Shown here in pieces: positions 59,001 to 64,000 of a DNA stretch of 64,000 nt. Every line of letters begins with the position of its first letter. Position 1 is the first letter of the stretch. The translations under genes were made by a program, and so were the position numbers. Origin of the DNA: an uncultured Candidatus Binatia bacterium (GTDB lineage Bacteria > Desulfobacterota > Binatia > UBA9968 > JAJDTQ01); the NCBI GenBank assembly GCA_965215605.1, contig OZ244070.1, positions 768,001 through 832,000 of the forward strand, read 5' to 3'. The notes beneath the pieces were generated by a model, which saw nothing but the letters and a program-made list of their open reading frames with translations, was not told the DNA's origin and did no database searches.

Positions 59001-61864
59001 AGCTCTTCCGCCGGCGCCGGATCGGCCTTGAGCGTGAAGCCCGCCGCCGTGCCTTCCGTCACCCCCGCACCGGCGGTTACGGTGATCGCGGGAACCGCCT
59101 GTTGCGCCTCTGCCTGTACCTCCGCCTGCGCCGGCTCCTTCTCCAGGCATTCCAGCGCCGGCGCCACGGGCACCCAGCGCTGAAGGCCGCGATCCGCCTG
59201 CGCCTCTGCCTCGGCGATGGTCATCGGGTTGTTGCTCCAGGCGTTGCTCTCCCCGAAGGCGGCAAGCACCCGGCTCCAGCGCTCGACATGGCCCGGCGAG
59301 GTCCGCCAGGTCTCGCCCGCAGCCTTCCGGGCGTCGGCAAGCAGGGCGTCGGAGACGCAGGAAGGCGCCTGGCTGTCCGTACTCTGCGCGCTGGCGCTCA
59401 AGGCATCGCTGCCCGGTCCCACCGCCAGGGTTGCCGTGCCGGCGAGGCTGTCCAATTGCTGCGTGTCGCCGTTCTTGTCGACATATTCCGGCGTCACCGT
59501 GACCGTCAGTGTCATCGGCACCGAGGCGCCGTGGTCGATGGTGGTCGTGGTGCCTGTCACGCCGGGCAAGTCACCGGCGGAAGCATTCAGCGAGTCGCCG
59601 CTCTCGGCGCTCCACGACACGTCATAGGAGGTAGCATGCTCCACCGCGTCCCAGGTGACACTGGCGCTGACATCGTCCACCGCCGTCACCTGCAGGTTGG
59701 TCACCGGATCGGTGGGCGCAGGGGCGGCCTCCGCGGGTGCGGAGCGGCCGGTGCGGAGTTCCTCGGTGATGAGGGGACAATCGCGACCCGGGGCGCTGTA
59801 GGGGGCAAAGACGGTGCCGGCAACGGCGTGCGCGCGGATCGTCCCGATGTCCGTGCTGCGCAGGCCGCCGCCCGAGGCCGTGTGGGTGATGTTGGCACAA
59901 CCCTTTTCGAAGGTCGCATATTGCTGCGTGCTGATGACCCAGATCTGGCGATAGCACGCCCAGGACGCGTCCGGGTTCGACGTGTTAACGTCAAACAAAG
60001 AGCTGTGCCCCCCATTGAAGCAGACCCGGTCGGCCGGGCGGTCCTCGAAGGTCACCGTCAGCGATGCCTGCGGCGTACCCCCCGAGGTCAGGGACAGGCC
60101 GAACTTGCTGATGTCGCTCGATGTTGCCGTCACCGTCACCGTTTCGCCGGTCGCCGGGCGGTTCGACAGACGCAATTGGTAACGGAGCGGGTAAATTGGC
60201 GTCATGTCATTCTGGAAGTACCTGAACCCCCGCGTCGCCTTGACGGTGTTCGGGCGCTGTTTGGCAGCGTAGTCATTGATGTTCATTACCGCCAGATCCC
60301 ACGCCTCCAGCTCGGGCGCGTCGTCCACCGCCACCGAAACCCAGCCCAGTCCCTGGTTCGAGTAGCCGCCGCCGTTGGCCGCGTGGGTCAGCGACAGCGT
60401 GCGGTTGAGATGGAGGGACGTCTGGTCCACGCCGGTCACCGTTACCGGCTGCGGATTCATGTAGTTCGATGCCGTGAATGTGAGTGTTGTTGTGCTTGCG
60501 GTCGCGGCCCCGGTGTATCTGCCAGTCGTGCCGATGGTGACGGTGGTATCGCCACCGGAAGGCGCGGTGGGAAGCCGCACGCAATAGGTCGCCATGCCGC
60601 CGTTTTCGAGAACGCGAACACTGTTTACGCTGAGGTTGTTGCTCTGGGCAGGGCATGCCGCCGGCGCGGCCTCGTCGTCCTCCAGCGTCAGGGTCGCCGC
60701 GTCGTTCATCGAATGCGCCGCCACGCCGCTCACCGTGGTGTCCAACAGGCCGAGCGAGGACAGCGTCGCGGTGATCGTCTCGTCGATCGCATCCCCGTCG
60801 TCGCGGCTCGCCACCGGGGTCAGCGTCACCGTCGCCGTCTGCACCGTGTTCGTGTCGTGGCCGGTGAAGACCACCCGCGGGTTGGCCGTCAATGCGTTCG
60901 CCAGCGTCACCCCGCTGTGCATGCTCGCCGCCGCGGCCGAGACCGTGAAGTCGTGATTGGCGGTGCTGCCGCCGTCCACGCTCCCCGGCAGCCGCGCCCC
61001 AGTCGTCGTCGCAAGAGCGATCGGCACGCCGATGGTCTCTCCGCCATAAAGCCGGCGGGACAGCGAAACCGTGAGGGTCGCCGTGTCCGAGGCGTCGCCC
61101 TCGGTCATGGTCATATCCGTACTCGTGAGCGAGACCGTGGTGTCCTCGTCGTCCTGGATGAGGATCTCGTCCCAGGGGTGATCAGTGGATACCGCGTAGC
61201 TGCCGCTGGTGGCCGTGCATTCCGTCAATTCCGGCGGCGCTACCTGGACACGGACGGTGCTGTCCGGGTCGTCGGCGGCGGTGTCGGTCCAGTTGACCGT
61301 GTAGGTGCCTGATCCGTTGCTGGTTCCGCTGGCCAACAGCGTCACCGTCTTGAGACCCTTGTCGACCGCCGCGACCCGGTTGCCGCCTTCCTCGGTCACC
61401 CACACGCACACCGTCAGATTGTTCGGCAGCGGCTCGTCGGCGCTCAGGGGGAATGCAACGCTGCCCGTGCTCTCCTCGTGGGGCTGCTTGCTGTCGACGC
61501 GGCGCACGCCCTCCTGGTCGGGCAGCGACACCCCGATCCTCACCGGTGGATCGTTGATCGTCATCGTGAAGGAAAGGGTGTTCGCCGGCGTCGACGAGTC
61601 GGTCAGCGTCACCGTGAACGTCTCGCCCGAATCCGAGTGGGTATCGATGCTCGCCCTGAGGTCGATTCGGTAGCTGTTGTCGTCCGCATCGTGGCCGGGG
61701 CCCTCATCGTCGCACACGTCGTATGTGTCGACCGCGAAACCAAACTGGTCTGAAGTGCGGCAATTGAGAGTGGTTAACGTCGCGTGGCCGGTGCCGGTGC
61801 CGGTGGTCGTCAGCGCATGGTTGACCGGAGCAACCCAACTCGACGGGATATTGCTGACAGTCAC
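56093..61864 (-). CDS. Large autotransporter-like surface protein with Calx-beta/Ig-like repeats; true start unresolved
   Basis: Repeated DDE/V.DDD Calx-beta motifs, AWLSRFGRTVA linker, C-terminal beta-barrel ending in W; frame stays open upstream to 62356 and includes a signal peptide at ~61920-62000 with no ATG/GTG/TTG before it. Confidence 0.85.
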   Translation of the reverse strand: MTVSNIPSSWVAPVNHALTTTGTGTGHATLTTLNCRTSDQFGFAVDTYDVCDDEGPGHDADDNSYRIDLRASIDTHSDSGETFTVTLTDSSTPANTLSFTMTINDPPVRIGVSLPDQEGVRRVDSKQPHEESTGSVAFPLSADEPLPNNLTVCVWVTEEGGNRVAAVDKGLKTVTLLASGTSNGSGTYTVNWTDTAADDPDSTVRVQVAPPELTECTATSGSYAVSTDHPWDEILIQDDEDTTVSLTSTDMTMTEGDASDTATLTVSLSRRLYGGETIGVPIALATTTGARLPGSVDGGSTANHDFTVSAAAASMHSGVTLANALTANPRVVFTGHDTNTVQTATVTLTPVASRDDGDAIDETITATLSSLGLLDTTVSGVAAHSMNDAATLTLEDDEAAPAACPAQSNNLSVNSVRVLENGGMATYCVRLPTAPSGGDTTVTIGTTGRYTGAATASTTTLTFTASNYMNPQPVTVTGVDQTSLHLNRTLSLTHAANGGGYSNQGLGWVSVAVDDAPELEAWDLAVMNINDYAAKQRPNTVKATRGFRYFQNDMTPIYPLRYQLRLSNRPATGETVTVTATSSDISKFGLSLTSGGTPQASLTVTFEDRPADRVCFNGGHSSLFDVNTSNPDASWACYRQIWVISTQQYATFEKGCANITHTASGGGLRSTDIGTIRAHAVAGTVFAPYSAPGRDCPLITEELRTGRSAPAEAAPAPTDPVTNLQVTAVDDVSASVTWDAVEHATSYDVSWSAESGDSLNASAGDLPGVTGTTTTIDHGASVPMTLTVTVTPEYVDKNGDTQQLDSLAGTATLAVGPGSDALSASAQSTDSQAPSCVSDALLADARKAAGETWRTSPGHVERWSRVLAAFGESNAWSNNPMTIAEAEAQADRGLQRWVPVAPALECLEKEPAQAEVQAEAQQAVPAITVTAGAGVTEGTAAGFTLKADPAPAEELAVTVAVAQTGAIADASALGERMVTIPAGQAETAFTVATLADETDEPAGAVVATVPDGAGYTVDDQGKSASVAVADDDATGVVLTAPAGDLPEASGSKTLTLTLGRALVEGESLAVPLAFAGTATLGTDYALAAPETAPAGVTYANLAGTDPKNPPAVTFAGAAGRKSATAATLVLATVADSVAEGEKETVTVKLGTPVATGLGGGAAASGAAGFAILEPPPEIAIAAKTGTVAEGADAAFTLTASRAPGADLTVNLTVSEADGSDFVAAEHEGSATATIPKGETEATFTVPTVNDTADEPHGSVTATLAGDGDKGLRYTVAAAPDNAASVKVTDDDAAATAPTFSVGDETANEDVGLMYFTVRLDRAVQRTVKVTFTAREASPVSARQGEDWFWWWPDGIALTFHPGQTEKRMWVYVYNDNHDEDPETFEVALSRPTGGAMIGDGVAVGTIVNNDPMPKAWLSRFGRTVAQQALDGIESRMRAPREAGVQGALAGQALPDGSTASQGTGSGWQTAAHDHAAPGARATGFTGGGAEPGTASTWRALSLRELMLQSRFTATGGKDAKGGSLAFWGRAAQAHFDGREGTFSLDGDATTGMLGADYARNRWMAGLALTHSEGEGAYADTDTAPEPCAGAGADHMSDDARKVLCEGAVREGDGSLDASLTAAIPYASFQATERLKLWGAAGYGAGAVTLKPEVGGVLKSDVSWTMAALGLRGDLWSPQKQRSGPALALESDALWARTSSEKTRDLAASDSDVTRLRLGLEGSWKIALDQNGLLTPRLEVGARHDGGDAETGSGIELGGGIAWSDPALGLRLDVEGRTLLAHRSDDLKDRGFAASLAYNPDPATTLGPSLTLRQDWGGQAKDGIDALFAPDPLDTRGGAGGTAESRWLAEAAYGFPVLDRRFAASPHVGFGFAAGARDYTLGWRFNPLARNNAHDLQLGLKATRRKAPHTKPEHILRFNVALNW

Positions 61865-62162
61865 AGCGGTCCCAACACGACCCTCGATCAGCGTCGATGG
61901 GGAGATTGTCGGTGTCGTCTGCGCGGCGGCCGGGGCGGCAAGGCCGAACAGCAGCGGCAGGCAGAGCAGGGCCGGCAGCAGGCCGCGCCGCGGATTGCGG
62001 GCGGCGGGACGGGCGCCCGCCGCGGCGCGGGCGGGAGAGGGATCGAAGCTGTCAGGGGAAGAAGCGGGCCGGCGGGTGTCGGAACGCCCGCTGGCGGATG
62101 CGGAAGATTCAGGCCGGGAGGCGGAGCGCCTTAGGCGGCGCCACCATGAAGACGCAGGAAGC

Positions 62163-62335
62163 GCGATCCGGCGATCCGGCGATCCGGCGATCCGGCGATC
62201 CGGCGATCCGGCGATCCGGCGATCCGGCGATCCGGCGATCCGGCGATCCGGCGATCCGGCGATCCGGCGATCCGGCGATCCGGCGATCCGGCGATCCGGC
62301 GATCCGGCGATCCGGCGATCCGGCGATCCGGCGAT
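62163..62335. repeat. Perfect octanucleotide tandem repeat (GCGATCCG)21 + GCGAT
   Basis: Counted directly: 21 full units at 62163-62330. Confidence 0.98.
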
Positions 62336-62360
62336 TATGGGTTGACTCAGGCCTTGTCAA
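62334..62360 (-). promoter_or_regulatory. Sigma70-like promoter candidate TTGACA-N15-CATAAT overlapping a TTGAC-N9-GTCAA palindrome
   Basis: Hexamers read directly, abutting the repeat and facing the autotransporter; spacer is short. Confidence 0.45.
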
Positions 62361-62636
62361 GCCCTGCGCCAAACTATTTTCCGTGCGCCCCGCTATCCCC
62401 CCATGCCTCCTGCCCAACGCCCGGTTCCCATCTCGTCCTTCGTTCACCATGACCATCGCATCGCCTCCGAAAACTGTCGCCCGACCCGCTGGCCCGCGCT
62501 GCCCACACCTCTGCCGGGCATTGCCTGTCCCGTTTGGCGTACATTACGCCGAGTCCGGTGGAAATTCAATACGCGCGTGTTTGCTTCCTAGCGACGACGG
62601 CAAGCCGGTATCGGCCGCTACGGGACCGCCGGCCCG

Positions 62637-63380
62637 TTACACCCGCCTCACTACCCATACAACCTTGCCGAGGATGTGCGCGTCCTGGACAAGGCACGAA
62701 TACGGAGCATAGTCCGGGTTGGCGGAGACGAGCCTGAGGCGTGGCGGCTCGTTCCCGTCGTCGTCGGCGCCATGCAGGACCTCGACGTGCTTGACCACCA
62801 GCCCGATGCCGTCCCAGAGCACGAAGGTCTCGCCGGTGGCGGGCAGGCGGCGCGAGAGGTCGACGACGATGCGGTCGCCGTCGCGCATGTCGGGTTCCAT
62901 GGAATCGCCGCGGACCCTGAGGATGCGCAGGTTTGCGGGGTCGGCGCCGGCCTCGTGGCGGACCATGTTCTCGGGCCAGTGCCAGCGCGCGGTCTCGGAC
63001 ACGACCTCCTCGGCCGCGGCGCCCGCCCCGGCGGAGACGACGACGGTCACTTCGGAAATGACGGCAACGGGCGCGCCGGGAAGCGCAGCGGTTGACCGGG
63101 AGCGGCTTTGCCGCGCGGGCCTGCGTCTGGGCACGACTTCGTGCCGGAGTTCGGAGGGCTGGCACCCAAGCGCCCTGGCCAGGGACTTGCTGTCGCGATA
63201 CGTGAGGACGGCGGGGCTGCCGCGTTCCACGAACTGTTGCAGATAGGTCTTGTTGCGGCCGATGGCGAGGGATGCGGCGGCGAGGGTGAGGTCGTTCCGC
63301 CGGAGCAGTTCCTTCAGCCGGAGCCGCACGGGGTCGCGCCGGAGCGCTTCTCTGGGGTCGGTCGCCGGGTCCGCGGTCAT
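62637..63380 (-). CDS. CI/LexA-like repressor with S24 peptidase domain
   Basis: N-terminal HTH (ASLAIGRNKTYLQQF), VRGDSMEP, VKHV, LVSANPDY. Confidence 0.92.
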   Translation of the reverse strand: MTADPATDPREALRRDPVRLRLKELLRRNDLTLAAASLAIGRNKTYLQQFVERGSPAVLTYRDSKSLARALGCQPSELRHEVVPRRRPARQSRSRSTAALPGAPVAVISEVTVVVSAGAGAAAEEVVSETARWHWPENMVRHEAGADPANLRILRVRGDSMEPDMRDGDRIVVDLSRRLPATGETFVLWDGIGLVVKHVEVLHGADDDGNEPPRLRLVSANPDYAPYSCLVQDAHILGKVVWVVRRV

Positions 63381-63558
63381 TCGAGTTCCCCTGATTCCCT
63401 TCCCTTGGGCCCGCGCCCAAACCGTGTGGTTGTCCATCCTGTTTTTTTCGCGTCCCTGCGCAATACAGCACAGGTGTGTGCGTGAAAATAGGTAAGTGTA
63501 GGATACACACTACTTAATCCTATTGTCAAGCGCCGCGCTGTCCTTTATGTTCCGGCGC

Positions 63559-64000
63559 ATGACAGCGCTCGAAACCCCTGTCGGAATACCTCTGGACGAG
63601 CTCTTGCGCCGGACTGTCGCGGCCTGGCGGCAACGCCGCGGCGTGAGCGCCCGGCGTTTCGGCGTGGAAGCGGTGGGCGATCCGGTGTTCGTGTTCTCGC
63701 AGGAACGGGGCCGCCCGGTGCGGCTGGCGACGGCGGACCGGGTGCTGGCGCACATGGGGCGTCCGCCCCTGGGTCGGGCGTTCCGCCAGGAGGTGGAAGT
63801 GTTCCTGGCGGTGACCGGCACCAAGGTGTCGGTGCTGGGGGAAGAGGCGGCGGGGAACCCGTCCTTCGTGGGAAGGCTTCGCCGGGGAGCGTCGCCGCGG
63901 CTCAGGACGGTGGACCGGGTGCGGGCGTGGATGGCGGCCCAAGCCAGCGCGGAGGAGGCCGCGGCGATCCGGCGGAGGCTCGACTGCGAGGACCCGTTCG
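63559..64000 (+). CDS. Cro-like protein with tandem HTH domains (runs off the window)
   Basis: Not in the ORF track; two copies of (F/L)G.EA.G(D/N)P.FV....G...RL.T.DRV...M; divergent from the CI-like gene. Confidence 0.75.
   Translation, partial: MTALETPVGIPLDELLRRTVAAWRQRRGVSARRFGVEAVGDPVFVFSQERGRPVRLATADRVLAHMGRPPLGRAFRQEVEVFLAVTGTKVSVLGEEAAGNPSFVGRLRRGASPRLRTVDRVRAWMAAQASAEEAAAIRRRLDCEDPF

Noticed and set aside
62163-62335. Tandem repeat as a CRISPR array
   Set aside because: 8-bp units with no spacers and no cas genes; it is a simple sequence repeat.

Overview
GC-rich bacterial window, mostly catabolic and transport genes: zwf, four amidohydrolase paralogues (one deleted internally), two amidases, two ornithine-cyclodeaminase-like genes, TRAP and tripartite tricarboxylate transporters, rsmE/prmA and tRNA-Phe(GAA). 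The secreted ankyrin protein and Calx-beta autotransporter suggest a host-associated organism such as a sponge symbiont (inference only). Three accessory regions interrupt this backbone. (1) 3.9-6.7 kb: a decayed islet with a signal-peptide ankyrin protein among HigBA, integrase and IS21 remnants. (2) 31.7-41.3 kb: a defence island (DUF5131 + TcmP, SNF2 helicase, DUF1156 methyltransferase, PUA-like/HSDR_N nuclease, DUF499 ATPase), broken by an IS3 insertion with deletion and apparently inserted in a GTAG-REP hairpin. (3) 55.4-64 kb: IS remnants, a ~2000-aa autotransporter-like adhesin with no in-frame start codon ahead of its signal peptide that lies downstream of a (GCGATCCG)21 repeat (candidate phase variation), and a CI/Cro-like switch. 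All calls come from motif recognition by eye; no database searches were run.
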